DNA from: Brevibacterium daeguense
GTDB taxonomy: Bacteria > Actinomycetota > Actinomycetes > Actinomycetales > Brevibacteriaceae
Length of the DNA stretch: 24,000 nucleotides
Assembly (NCBI RefSeq): GCF_021729135.1
Contig: NZ_JAJTWW010000003.1
Location: forward strand, 195,537 to 219,536
Direction of reading: 5' to 3'
How positions within the stretch are numbered: the stretch's first letter is position 1; each line of letters begins with the position of its first letter. Of the stretch, positions 14,609-23,588 are shown one piece after another. The position numbers were made by a program, and so were the translations under genes. The notes under the pieces were generated by a model. That model did not search any database, had not been told where the DNA came from, and was given only the letters and a program-made list of their open reading frames with translations.

Positions 14609-15091
14609 ATGGCTACTCGATTCGACCCCCTCCGCGATCTCGACCGTTTCTTCTCCGAGGTGACTCGCACTCCGAACACCGCGGCCCTCCCCATGGACCT
14701 CCATCGTGAGGGCGAGGCGTTCGTCGCCCGCATCGATATGCCCGGTGTGGACCCGGCCAGCATCGACGTCGACGTCGAGGATCGCACCCTGACGGTTCGT
14801 GCGGAGCGGTCCGCCACCACCTCCTCGCAGGAGGTTCAGTGGTTGACTCGGGAACGTCCCACCGGGACCTTCGCCCGGCAGCTCACTCTCGGCAACCGGA
14901 TCGCCCTCGACCAGATCAGCGCGGAGTACGTCGACGGCGTGCTGGAGCTGAGGATCCCAGTGGCGGAGGAAGCGCGCCCGCGCAAGATCTCGGTGTCGCA
15001 CAAGCAGACGAGCAGCGGTCAGTCACCGACAAGCGGCGAGACCGTCGACTCCTCGGTCGACTCGCCGGAGGAGCCCGGTTCGCAGGTCTGA
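14609..15091 (+). CDS. Small heat-shock protein, Hsp20 / alpha-crystallin family
   Basis: MATRFDPLRDLDRFF...PMDLHREGEAFVARIDMPGVDPASIDVDVEDRTLTVRAER...GTFARQLTLGNRIALDQISAEYVDGVLELRIPV is an alpha-crystallin domain, followed by a Ser/Glu-rich tail. AAAGGA RBS. The track's upstream extension (14561) overlaps the operator and is rejected. Confidence 0.9.
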   Translation: MATRFDPLRDLDRFFSEVTRTPNTAALPMDLHREGEAFVARIDMPGVDPASIDVDVEDRTLTVRAERSATTSSQEVQWLTRERPTGTFARQLTLGNRIALDQISAEYVDGVLELRIPVAEEARPRKISVSHKQTSSGQSPTSGETVDSSVDSPEEPGSQV

Positions 15092-15186
15092 CGCGCCGCC
15101 TCTCGCAGCCGCCGCCTCTCGCGGAGCAGCCCTCCACGTAGCAGCCCTCCGCGGAGTCGGCGTCAGCCGGGACACGTCTGAGCAGG

Positions 15187-15220
15187 AAGCAGGGGCGCCA
15201 TCTAGGTGGCGCCCCTGCTT
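15187..15220. terminator. Bidirectional hairpin terminator between hsp20 and the convergent oxidoreductase gene
   Basis: Perfect 14-bp arms aagcaggggcgcca (15187-15200) and tggcgcccctgctt (15207-15220) with a 6-nt loop. Confidence 0.65.
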
Positions 15221-15246
15221 CGCTGTCCGTGCCACGCCTGCTCGGT

Positions 15247-16233
15247 TCAGGCGGTCGAAAGCACGATCTTCCCGAAGCGCTGATTGGCGTCGAGCTGTGA
15301 ATGCGCCTCGGCGACTTCGTCGAGCGGATAGACGGAGTCGATGACCGGGTCGATGTCGCCGTCCGCGACCATGTCCAGGAAGCCCGCGAAATCGGTCGGC
15401 GAGCCCATCGCCGTGCCGAGGATCCGCTTGTGCTTGAGATAGAGGGTCCTGATGTCGAAGCCGTCGACGATGCCCCCGGCACCGGTTCCGCCCATCGACA
15501 GCACCGCTCCGCCGGGTCTGAGCAGCATGACCGATTCCTGGAGAGTCGAGCCCACCGAATCGAGCACGAGGTCGGCCTCCCCGATCTCGTCGCGCAGGTG
15601 CAGCTCCCAGTCGGGCTGCGTGTAGTCGACCCCGGCAACGGCTCCCAGCTCCTGCGCGAGGTTCAGCTTGTCCTGGCTGGAGGAGGTGACTGCGACCCGT
15701 GCTCCGACCTTGACCGCCAGCTGCAGCGCGATCAGGGAGACACCCGAGCCGGCTCCCAGGATCACCACGGTCTGACCTGCGCGCAGATCGCCGACCGTGA
15801 ACAGTGCTCGGTAGGCGGTCAGCCCCGACAGCGAGAGCGCGCCGGCCTCCGCCCATGCCAGGTGCTTGGGCTTGGGATAGAGATTCTCCTCCGGCAGCGC
15901 CACCAGTTCCGCATAGGTCCCCCCGTCGGGCCCGCCTCCGAGCACTGCGAAGGAGTCCGAGGCGCAGCGCTGCGAGTCTCCCCACCGCAGCGAGGGCAGG
16001 ACGATGACCTCCTCCCCCGTGTCGCGCCGGATCCCGGCTCCGTCGGAGCCGAGGATGACGGGAAGTCGGGGCCGGTACCCGGGGCCGATGCCCTCGCGGA
16101 TGAGAGCATCGCGGCGATTGATCCCCGCGGTGCGCAGCTCGACGAGCACCTTCCCGGTGGTCTCCGGTTCGGGGATCTCCGCGGCGGCGAGCACCTCGGG
16201 CCCGCCGTGCTCTGTCAACAGCACTCCCTGCAT
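15247..16233 (-). CDS. MDR-superfamily NAD(P)H-dependent oxidoreductase (quinone oxidoreductase / zinc-type ADH-like)
   Basis: 328 aa. GGPEVL...VLVELRTAGINRRDALIREG...LPVILGSDGAGI...GLTAYRALF...GQTVVILGAGSGVSLIALQLAVKVGARV...GKIVLS. AGGAGG RBS. Confidence 0.8.
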   Translation of the reverse strand: MQGVLLTEHGGPEVLAAAEIPEPETTGKVLVELRTAGINRRDALIREGIGPGYRPRLPVILGSDGAGIRRDTGEEVIVLPSLRWGDSQRCASDSFAVLGGGPDGGTYAELVALPEENLYPKPKHLAWAEAGALSLSGLTAYRALFTVGDLRAGQTVVILGAGSGVSLIALQLAVKVGARVAVTSSSQDKLNLAQELGAVAGVDYTQPDWELHLRDEIGEADLVLDSVGSTLQESVMLLRPGGAVLSMGGTGAGGIVDGFDIRTLYLKHKRILGTAMGSPTDFAGFLDMVADGDIDPVIDSVYPLDEVAEAHSQLDANQRFGKIVLSTA

Positions 16234-16287
16234 GGTGCGAACCTCCTGGATCGTGGTTCCCTCATCCTCGCACGAAACGCAGGACGG

Positions 16288-17046
16288 TCAGAGGCGCTGA
16301 GCCTCGCTGAGACGAACCGCTCGATAGTGCAGACACAGGTAGGGAAGGTCGATGACGGCACCTTCGGCCACCGGATGCTCGTGCTCGAAATACCAGCGGA
16401 TGTTGGCCTCCACCCGCTGCCGAATGCGGTCTGGGGAGCGCAGCCAGTACGAGCGGGTCGCCGCCAGCCCCACGATGTCCTCGACCGTCACCGCTGCGGA
16501 GAATGCCCTCTCCCCCGCCTCCACCGGCGTGAAGGCCGAGGGCAGCATCGGTCGCCACTCGGGTCGGTAGACGTCACCGGCGTGCATGATCCGACTCAGC
16601 CGCAGCACCCAGTCCACTCGCACGTCGAGCTGGTTGATGAGGATCCAGAGCCGCCCGCCCGGCCGCAGCACCCGGACGATCTCCGCCGAGGCGTCGGCCG
16701 GGTCCATCCAGTGCCAGGCCTGGGCGACGAAGATCGCGTGCTGGCTGGCATCGCCCAGCGGGATCCGCTCCCCCGAGCCGAGCACAGAGCTCGCCGGGTT
16801 CCTGCTCAGCGATGCGGGATCGGGATCGACCGCGACGACATCGAGCCCGCGCTCGAGCAGCGCCGAGGAGAGCTTTCCCGTACCCGCACCGAGGTCGCAC
16901 ACCTGCCGGCCGGGAAGGTCGGCGACGATCGCGTCGACCACCGCGGCGGGATAGCCGGGCCGGACGGCATCGTACAGCTCGGCGGTGTCGCCGAATCGGC
17001 GGCCGTGGTGCCGCCGGGAGTCAGGGTGGATGCGCGGTCCGGTCAT
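16288..17046 (-). CDS. Class I SAM-dependent methyltransferase
   Basis: 252 aa. YDAVRPGYP...VCDLGAGTGKLSSALLERGLDVVAVDPD (motif I and post-I), ...FVAQAWHWMD...VLRPGGRLWIL (Methyltransf_11-like). Probably co-transcribed with the downstream oxidoreductase. Confidence 0.8.
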   Translation of the reverse strand: MTGPRIHPDSRRHHGRRFGDTAELYDAVRPGYPAAVVDAIVADLPGRQVCDLGAGTGKLSSALLERGLDVVAVDPDPASLSRNPASSVLGSGERIPLGDASQHAIFVAQAWHWMDPADASAEIVRVLRPGGRLWILINQLDVRVDWVLRLSRIMHAGDVYRPEWRPMLPSAFTPVEAGERAFSAAVTVEDIVGLAATRSYWLRSPDRIRQRVEANIRWYFEHEHPVAEGAVIDLPYLCLHYRAVRLSEAQRL

Positions 17047-17189
17047 GCGGCCGTCGACCAGACCGTGTCGGACGAGCCTGCGTTGTCGGACCAGCGCCGC
17101 GCGCGGTGGAGCGGCCGCTGCTGTGGGAGGGAGGGCATCACGCCACTAGGATAAGTGTGACCTTGCTTCTCCCGGAAAGGGTGACTTCT

Positions 17190-18467
17190 GTGGCACTGAA
17201 AGACCTTTCGACCGCCGAGCTCGAAACCCAGCTGACAGACGCGCGCGACGCCTATGCGAAATTCGCCAACCGAGGCCTCCTGCTGGACATCACCCGCGGG
17301 AAGCCATCGCCCGAGCAGCTGGATCTGTCGGCCGATCTGCTCACTGCGGTCACGAATGACGACTGCATCTCCCCGTCCGGCGTCGACGTCCGCAACTACG
17401 GCGGGCTCGAGGGGCTGAGGGAGCTCCGGGAGATCTTCGGTGAGCTGTTCCGAGTTCCCGTCGACCAGATCCTCGCTCAGGGCAACGCCTCGCTGACGTT
17501 GATGCAGCAGGCACTGACCTTCGCGCTGCTGCACGGCACACCCGAGCTCGATACTCCGTGGGCGACGCATTCAAGGCGCATCGTGTGCCCCGTGCCCGGC
17601 TACGATCGGCACTTCGCGCTCGCCGAGGAACTCGGCTTCGAGCTCATCACAGTGCCGATGGACGATGAGGGTCCGGACGTCAGTGCGGTCCGCGAGCTCG
17701 TCGCCACCGACCCGACCATCAAGGGCATCTGGGTCGTGCCGATGTACTCGAATCCCACCGGCGCCACCATCAGCGAGGAGCGAGCGCGGCTGCTGCTCGA
17801 CATGCCGACCGCAGCTCCGGACTTCCGAGTGCTGTGGGACAACGCCTACGGCCTCCACCATCTGCGCGAGCCCCACGGGCAGATGCTCGACGTGCTGGCC
17901 CTCGCGGAGGAGGCCGGCAATCCCAACCGAGTGCTGCAGTTCGCCTCCACCTCGAAGATCACCCATGCCGGGGCGGGGGTGTCCTTCATCGCGGCCTCGC
18001 CGGAGAACATCTCCTGGTTCCTCAAGCATCTCGGTGCGGGGTCGATCGGTCCCGACAAGATCAACCAGCTGCGCCACCTGCGATTCTTCGGCGACGCCGC
18101 CGGAGTGGTCGCGCACATGGCCAAGCACGCGGAGCTGATCCGTCCGAAGTTCGATGCCGTGATCTCCACGCTGGAGGCTCAGCTGGCCGGCTCCGGCATC
18201 GCCGGCTGGACGAACCCGGACGGCGGCTACTTCATCACGCTCACGGTGCTGCCCGGGACCGCCGACCGGGTCGTCAAGCTCGCCGCCGAGGCGGGAGTCA
18301 AGCTCACTCCCGCCGGCGCCACCCACCCCTACGGCCTGGATCCGGACAATGCCGTCATCCGGATCGCGCCGACCATGCCGTCGCTGGAGGACGTCTCGGC
18401 AGCGGCGGAGGGGCTGGCAGCCTGCGTGCGCCTCGCCGCTCTGGAGAAGCTACTCGCCGAGGACTGA
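17190..18467 (+). CDS. PLP-dependent aminotransferase, AspT-type (class Ic aspartate aminotransferase-like)
   Basis: From GTG 17190 (GAAAGGG RBS): VALKDLSTAELE...LLDITRGKPSPEQLDLSADLL...VDVRNYGGLEGL...CPVPGYDRHF...SNPTGATIS...APDFRVLWDNAYGLHHL...GNPNRVLQFASTSKITHAGAGVSF. These track the Corynebacterium AspT sequence as I recall it. The track's 16812 start is an artefactual extension overlapping the methyltransferase gene. Confidence 0.78.
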   Translation: MALKDLSTAELETQLTDARDAYAKFANRGLLLDITRGKPSPEQLDLSADLLTAVTNDDCISPSGVDVRNYGGLEGLRELREIFGELFRVPVDQILAQGNASLTLMQQALTFALLHGTPELDTPWATHSRRIVCPVPGYDRHFALAEELGFELITVPMDDEGPDVSAVRELVATDPTIKGIWVVPMYSNPTGATISEERARLLLDMPTAAPDFRVLWDNAYGLHHLREPHGQMLDVLALAEEAGNPNRVLQFASTSKITHAGAGVSFIAASPENISWFLKHLGAGSIGPDKINQLRHLRFFGDAAGVVAHMAKHAELIRPKFDAVISTLEAQLAGSGIAGWTNPDGGYFITLTVLPGTADRVVKLAAEAGVKLTPAGATHPYGLDPDNAVIRIAPTMPSLEDVSAAAEGLAACVRLAALEKLLAED

Positions 18468-18481
18468 TCGAAAGGGCAGAG

Positions 18482-18519
18482 CACAGTAGCCCGGGACCGT
18501 GAGGTCCCGGGCTACTGTG
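18482..18519. terminator. Bidirectional hairpin terminator (aminotransferase / hbd)
   Basis: Perfect 17-bp arms cacagtagcccgggacc (18482-18498) and ggtcccgggctactgtg (18503-18519), loop gtga, followed by ttt. Confidence 0.7.
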
Positions 18520-18555
18520 TTTCGGTGGTGCCCGCGGGCACCACCCAGTGGCGCC

Positions 18556-19413
18556 TCAGCTGTAGTCGTAGAACCCGCGTCCGGATTTCACTCCGAGCCG
18601 ACCGGCGTCGACCATCCTGCTCAGCAGCAGCGGGGGCTTGTTCGCGGGATCCCCGGTCTCCTCGTAGATGCTCTGGCCCACGTACAAGCAGGTGTCCAGA
18701 CCCACGCGGTCGGCGAGGCGGATCGGCCCCATCGGATGGGCGCAGCCGTTGACCATGCCGGTGTCGATCGCCTCCTTGGTGGCGTGACCGGCCTCGAGCA
18801 TGCGGATGGCCGAGAACAGGAACGGGATGAGAAGGGCGTTGACGATGAAGCCCGGACGATCATCCGATCGAATCGTGACCTTGCCCAGGACTTCGGTGGC
18901 GAATGCGTCGACCTCGTCGGCCACCGACGGATCCGTCAGCAGCGAGGGGATGATCTCGACGAGCGGCTGGACGGGAGCCGGATTGAAGAAGTGCATTCCC
19001 ACGACCCGCTCGGGCCTGCTCGTCGCCTGGGCAAAGCGGACGATCGGCATCGACGAGGTGTTCGATGCCAGGATGGCGCTCTCGTCGGTCACGATCGAAT
19101 CGAGCTCGCCGAAGAGCTTCTTCTTGATCTCCTCGTTCTCGCTGGCCGCCTCGATGACCAGCTGCCGGTCGGCCATCCGACCGAGATCCGTGGTGAACTC
19201 GATCCGGCCGAGCGCCTCATCACGCTCGGACGCTGTCATCTTGCCGCGCTCCACTCCCTTCGCGAAGGACTGCTCCACGCGCTGCCTGCCGGCAGCCACC
19301 GTATCCTCGCTGATGTCGCGCACCACGACATTCAGACCCTTGCGGGCCAGCACCTCGGCGATGCCCGAGCCCATCAGACCGCACCCGATCACACCTGCAC
19401 GTTCGATTGTCAT
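18556..19413 (-). CDS. 3-hydroxybutyryl-CoA / 3-hydroxyacyl-CoA dehydrogenase
   Basis: 285 aa. AGVIGCGLMGSGIAEV (Rossmann), ...VIEAASENEEIKKKLF...ILASNTSS...VVGMHFFNPAP...RPGFIVNALL...GMVNGCAHPMGP...GVKSGRGFYDY. GAGGAG RBS 5 nt upstream. Confidence 0.88.
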   Translation of the reverse strand: MTIERAGVIGCGLMGSGIAEVLARKGLNVVVRDISEDTVAAGRQRVEQSFAKGVERGKMTASERDEALGRIEFTTDLGRMADRQLVIEAASENEEIKKKLFGELDSIVTDESAILASNTSSMPIVRFAQATSRPERVVGMHFFNPAPVQPLVEIIPSLLTDPSVADEVDAFATEVLGKVTIRSDDRPGFIVNALLIPFLFSAIRMLEAGHATKEAIDTGMVNGCAHPMGPIRLADRVGLDTCLYVGQSIYEETGDPANKPPLLLSRMVDAGRLGVKSGRGFYDYS

Positions 19414-19436
19414 GTGTACTCCTCGGAGTCGTTGTT

Positions 19437-19500
19437 GTCGTGACTGCGCAGTCGTGATTGCGCAGTCGTGATTGCGCAGTCGTGGCTGCGCAGTCGTGGC
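19437..19500. repeat. Tandem repeat, 14-bp unit TGCGCAGTCGTG(AT/GC) in 4 full copies plus a leading partial copy
   Basis: gtcgtgac | tgcgcagtcgtgat (19445-19458) | tgcgcagtcgtgat (19459-19472) | tgcgcagtcgtggc (19473-19486) | tgcgcagtcgtggc (19487-19500). It occupies most of the 108-bp def-hbd spacer. Confidence 0.95.
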
Positions 19501-19521
19501 GCTGATGCCGCGACTGCTGAG

Positions 19522-20013
19522 TCAGAACCAGTCGGACTCGCGCACGGCCCGCAGCGCCGTGCGGCGATGCACCCTGCTCAGCCGATCGAGATAGACGAAG
19601 CCGTCCAGGTGGTCGACTTCGTGCTGCAGCATCTGTGCCATCAGCCCTTCGCCTTCGACGACGATCGGATTGTTGTCCCAGTCCACGCCCCTGACGACGG
19701 CGCGCTCCCAGCGCGGGGTCGGGAAGGACAGCCCCGGAACCGAGAGGCAACCCTCGCCGATCTCGCGCAGCTCTCCACCCGTCTCGACGACGGTGGGATT
19801 GATGACGTACCCGAGCTGCCCCTCGACGTGGTAGCCGAACACGCGGCGGGTCGAGCCGATCTGATTGGCCGCGACACCGGCCCGACCCTCCATGTTCGTC
19901 GTGTCGAGGAGATCGCGCACGAGGTCCTTGAGCTTGCCGTCGAAGACGGTGACCGGCTCGGTCACCGTCTTCAGCACCGGGTCGCCGAAGAGGCGGATCT
20001 GCCTCTCAGGCAT
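19522..20013 (-). CDS. def: Peptide deformylase
   Basis: 163 aa carrying all three motifs: GVAANQIG, EGCLSVPG, QHEVDHLDG. Confidence 0.92.
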   Translation of the reverse strand: MPERQIRLFGDPVLKTVTEPVTVFDGKLKDLVRDLLDTTNMEGRAGVAANQIGSTRRVFGYHVEGQLGYVINPTVVETGGELREIGEGCLSVPGLSFPTPRWERAVVRGVDWDNNPIVVEGEGLMAQMLQHEVDHLDGFVYLDRLSRVHRRTALRAVRESDWF

Positions 20014-23000
20014 CGATCACTGCGACGAGGTCGCCGCCCTCGAGCTGCTGCACGGCCCCGATCGCGACACGGGAGATCGTGCCCTCGATGGTGGCGGTGA
20101 TGGCCGCTTCCATCTTCATCGCCTCGATGGTCGCGACGGTGTCGCCGACCTTGACCTGGTCTCCGGCCTTGACCTGCATCGTCACGACGCCGGCGAACGG
20201 GCAGGCGACATGGCCGGGATTCGCCTGATCGGCCCGCTCTGCGTTGATGACGTCGACGTCGACCGACCGGTCGCGCACGGAGACGGGCCGCAGCTGGCCG
20301 TTGAGCGTGCACATGACGGTCCGCATTCCCCGCTCGTCCGCCGGCCCGACTGCCTGGAGACCGACCAGCAGCTCCTTGCCCTTCTCGATCTCGATGGCGT
20401 GCTCTTCGCCTTCGCGCAACCCGTACAGGTAGTCGGGAGTTTCGAGCACGGACAGGTCGCCGTAGGTCTCCCGCATGTGGTTGAACTCGCGGGTCGGGGC
20501 GTCGAAGAGCAATCGGTTCAGAGTCTCCTGCCGAACCCGTCCGGGTTCGCGGATCAGCTCGGAGTCGTGCTCGGCCAGGTGCTCGACCGGAGCGGTGTAC
20601 TTGCGGCCCTGCAGCGCGCGGCTGCGGAACGGCTCGGGCCAGCCGGCCGGTGGGTCGCCCAGGTCACCGTTGAGGAAGCCGATCACCGAGTCGGGGATGT
20701 CGAACTTCTGCGGGTTCTCCGCGAACTCCTGCGGGTCGGCGCCCACCGCGACGAGATGGAGAGCCAGGTCGCCGACGACCTTGGACGAGGGCGTCACCTT
20801 GACGAGGTGGCCGAGGATGTCGTCGGCAGCCTCGTACATGGCCTCGATCTCCTCGAACTTCTCCCCCAGCCCGAGCGCTACCGCCTGCTGCCGGAGGTTC
20901 GACAGCTGGCCTCCCGGGATCTCGTGGCGGTACACGCGACCGGTCGGTCCGGGCAGTCCGGATTCGAAGGGCCGGTAGACGTTGCGCACTGCCTCCCAGT
21001 ACGGCTCCAGATCGGAGACGTTCCGGAGGCACAGGCCGGTGTCGCGCTCGGTGTGCTCCAGCGCCGCGACCAGCGCCGACATCGCGGGCTGGCTCGTGGT
21101 GCCGGCCATCGAGGCGCTGGCGACGTCGACGGCGTCCGCTCCTGCAGCCGAGGCGGCCAGCAGGGTGGCGAGCTGCCCGCCCGCGGTGTCATGGGTGTGC
21201 ACGTGGACCGGCAGGTCGAAGCTGCTGCGCAGCGCCGTCACCAGCTTGGTCGCGGCCGCCGGGCGCAGCAGGCCGGCCATGTCCTTGATTGCGAGCACGT
21301 GGGCGCCGGCCTCGACGATCTTCTCTGCCAGGCCGAGGTAGTAGTCGAGCGTGTACAGCTCCTCGTTCGGATCATTGAGGTCGGAGGTGTAGCACAAGGC
21401 GACCTCGGCGACGGCGGAGTCGGTGGCGAGCACGGACTCGATGGCCGGACGCATCTGCTCGACGTCGTTGAGCGCATCGAAGATGCGGAAGATGTCGACC
21501 CCGACCCGCGTGGCCTCGTCGACGAAGGCGTCCGTCACCTCGGTGGGATACGGGGTGTAGCCGACCGTGTTGCGGCCGCGCAGCAGCATCTGCAGGTTGA
21601 TGTTCGGGATCGCCTCGCGCAGCTTGCCGAGCCGCTCCCACGGATCCTCGCCGAGGAACCGGAGCGCGACGTCATAGGTGGCGCCGCCCCAGCACTCGAC
21701 GCTCAGCAGCTCCGGCGTCAGGCGGGCGACGTGCGGGGCGACTGCGAGGAGATCCTTGGCGCGGACGCGGGTGGCCAGCAGCGACTGATGCGCATCGCGG
21801 AAGGTGGTGTCGGTGACCGCGAGCGCAGTGCGCTCGCGCAGCGACCGCGCGAACCCGGCAGGGCCCAGCTCGTGCAGCTGCTGCCGCGAACCGGCCGGCG
21901 ATTCGCCGTGGGCATCGAGCTCCGGCAGCTTCTCGCGCGGATGCAGCGCGACCGGCGATGTGCCATGGGGCTGGTTCACCGTGACGTCGGCGAGGAACTC
22001 GAGCAGCTTCGAACCGCGGTCGGCGCCCACCTTGGCGGCGAGCAGGTGCGGGCGCTCCTCGATGAAGGTGGTGGCGATATCACCACGGATGAAGGCGGGG
22101 TCGTCGAGCACAGCGCGGAGGAACCCGATGTTCGTCGCCACGCCCCGGATCCGGAACTCGGCCAGTGCCCGGCGAGCACGGTTGACCGCCTGCTCGAAGT
22201 CGCGACCGCGGGTCGTGCACTTGACGAGCATCGAGTCGAAGTGCGCAGACACCTCTGCTCCCGCGTGAACCGTGCCGCCGTCGAGGCGGACGCCGGCGCC
22301 GCCGGCCGACCGGTAGGCGGTGATGATGCCGGTGTCGGGCCGGAACGAGTTGGCGGGATCCTCGGTCGTGATGCGGCACTGCAGCGCCGCGCCCTTGATC
22401 GCGATGGTGTCCTGGCTCAGTTCCAGGTCGGCAAGGGACTCCCCCGAGGCGATCCGCATCTGGGCCTGCACGAGATCGACGTCGGTGATCTCCTCGGTGA
22501 CGGTGTGCTCGACCTGGATGCGGGGGTTCATCTCGATGAAAGCGTGCTGGCCGGCGCGCGGGCCCGCCGTCTCCAGCAGGAACTCGACGGTACCGGCGTT
22601 CTGATACTGCAGCGCCGTGGCGAACTTCAGGGCGTCGTTGCGCAGCGCCTCGGCGATCTCGGGATCCAGGTGAGGTGCCGGAGCGATCTCGATGACCTTC
22701 TGGTGGCGCCGCTGGATCGAGCAATCGCGCTCGAAGAGATGGACCGCGTTGGAGCCGTTGTCGGCCAGCACCTGGACCTCGATGTGGCGCGGACGCTGGA
22801 CAGCCTGCTCGATGAACACGGTCGGATCGCCGAAAGCGCCCTCCGCCTCGCGCATCGCAGCCTTGAGCGCCTCGACGAGCTCGGTCTTGCTGCCGACGCG
22901 GCGCATTCCGCGCCCGCCGCCACCGGCGACGGCCTTGACGAACAGCGGATACTCCATGGTCTCGGCGTCGGCCAGAAGCTGGTCGAGATCAGCCGACGGC

Positions 23001-23425
23001 CGTGTCGAGGCCAGGGTCGGGATCCCGGCCTTGCGCGCGGCCTCCAGTGCATGCACCTTGTTGCCGGCCATCTCCAGCACGTCAGCCTGCGGCCCGATGA
23101 AGGTGATCCCGTTGTCGGCGCAGGCGCGAGCCAGATCCGGATTCTCGGAGAGGAAGCCGTAGCCCGGGTAGATCGCGTCCGCACCCGACTCCAGCGCGAC
23201 CCGGATGATCTCCTCGACGTCGAGGTACGCCCTGACCGGGTGCCCTTTCGTGCCGATCTGGTAGGCCTCATCCGCCTTGAGCCGGTGTTCGGAGTTGCGG
23301 TCCTCGTAGGGGAACACTGCAACGGTCGATGCGCCTAGTTCATAGGCGGCGCGAAAGGCGCGGACAGCGATTTCTCCGCGGTTGGCCACGAGGACTTTTG
23401 AGAACATCTGTGTTGCTCGCTTCAT
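20006..23425 (-). CDS. pyc: Pyruvate carboxylase (single-chain, biotin-dependent)
   Basis: 1139 aa. KVLVANRGEIAVRAFRAAYELG (biotin carboxylase), ATP-grasp region, carboxyltransferase TIM barrel (FRDAHQSLLATR...ECWGGATYD), and a C-terminal biotinyl domain with IEAMKME. The start may instead be ATG 23407 (MFSKVLVANRGE). Confidence 0.95.
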   Translation of the reverse strand: MKRATQMFSKVLVANRGEIAVRAFRAAYELGASTVAVFPYEDRNSEHRLKADEAYQIGTKGHPVRAYLDVEEIIRVALESGADAIYPGYGFLSENPDLARACADNGITFIGPQADVLEMAGNKVHALEAARKAGIPTLASTRPSADLDQLLADAETMEYPLFVKAVAGGGGRGMRRVGSKTELVEALKAAMREAEGAFGDPTVFIEQAVQRPRHIEVQVLADNGSNAVHLFERDCSIQRRHQKVIEIAPAPHLDPEIAEALRNDALKFATALQYQNAGTVEFLLETAGPRAGQHAFIEMNPRIQVEHTVTEEITDVDLVQAQMRIASGESLADLELSQDTIAIKGAALQCRITTEDPANSFRPDTGIITAYRSAGGAGVRLDGGTVHAGAEVSAHFDSMLVKCTTRGRDFEQAVNRARRALAEFRIRGVATNIGFLRAVLDDPAFIRGDIATTFIEERPHLLAAKVGADRGSKLLEFLADVTVNQPHGTSPVALHPREKLPELDAHGESPAGSRQQLHELGPAGFARSLRERTALAVTDTTFRDAHQSLLATRVRAKDLLAVAPHVARLTPELLSVECWGGATYDVALRFLGEDPWERLGKLREAIPNINLQMLLRGRNTVGYTPYPTEVTDAFVDEATRVGVDIFRIFDALNDVEQMRPAIESVLATDSAVAEVALCYTSDLNDPNEELYTLDYYLGLAEKIVEAGAHVLAIKDMAGLLRPAAATKLVTALRSSFDLPVHVHTHDTAGGQLATLLAASAAGADAVDVASASMAGTTSQPAMSALVAALEHTERDTGLCLRNVSDLEPYWEAVRNVYRPFESGLPGPTGRVYRHEIPGGQLSNLRQQAVALGLGEKFEEIEAMYEAADDILGHLVKVTPSSKVVGDLALHLVAVGADPQEFAENPQKFDIPDSVIGFLNGDLGDPPAGWPEPFRSRALQGRKYTAPVEHLAEHDSELIREPGRVRQETLNRLLFDAPTREFNHMRETYGDLSVLETPDYLYGLREGEEHAIEIEKGKELLVGLQAVGPADERGMRTVMCTLNGQLRPVSVRDRSVDVDVINAERADQANPGHVACPFAGVVTMQVKAGDQVKVGDTVATIEAMKMEAAITATIEGTISRVAIGAVQQLEGGDLVAVIDA

Positions 23426-23588
23426 CTCGACGCCGACGTGTGATCGGCGTGGGGTCCATTGTCAGGGTTCACTCTACAGACGCCGAGGAACGCCCCGTCG
23501 GCGGGGCGCTGGTTCGCGAATCCGGTCTCCGACTCCGACTGTGGTCGCCGGACCCGACCGTGTCCGCACCATTGGCTAGCCTGACCCC

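Noticed and set aside
15095-15150. Two pairs of short direct repeats in the hsp20 3' region: gccgcctctcgc at 15095 and 15111, agcagccctcc at 15125 and 15140
   Set aside because: The repeats are real but only two copies each, in a GC-rich 3'UTR ahead of a strong terminator. This is most simply slippage-type duplication, with no evidence of function.
15301-17154. 617-aa plus-strand ORF, and also 15023..15985 - (320 aa) and 14916..15638 - (240 aa)
   Set aside because: The 617-aa ORF is antisense to the MDR oxidoreductase and methyltransferase genes. The two minus-strand ORFs are off-frame shadow frames overlapping the oxidoreductase gene. The translations are Arg/Pro/Gly-rich with no motifs.
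16812-17189. N-terminal extension of the aminotransferase ORF (track start 16812)
   Set aside because: It would overlap 235 bp of the methyltransferase gene on the other strand and encodes an Arg-rich nonsense-like peptide. Homology to AspT-type enzymes begins at GTG 17190, which has an RBS.
19437-19500. Possibility that the tandem repeat is a mini CRISPR array
   Set aside because: The units are directly adjacent with no spacers, the unit is only 14 bp, and there are no cas genes nearby. It is a simple tandem repeat.
19865-23338. 1157-aa plus-strand ORF
   Set aside because: It is antisense to pyruvate carboxylase, which has a biotinyl AMKM motif and BC and CT domains on the minus strand. 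It is a shadow ORF created by the RNY/GC3 codon pattern.
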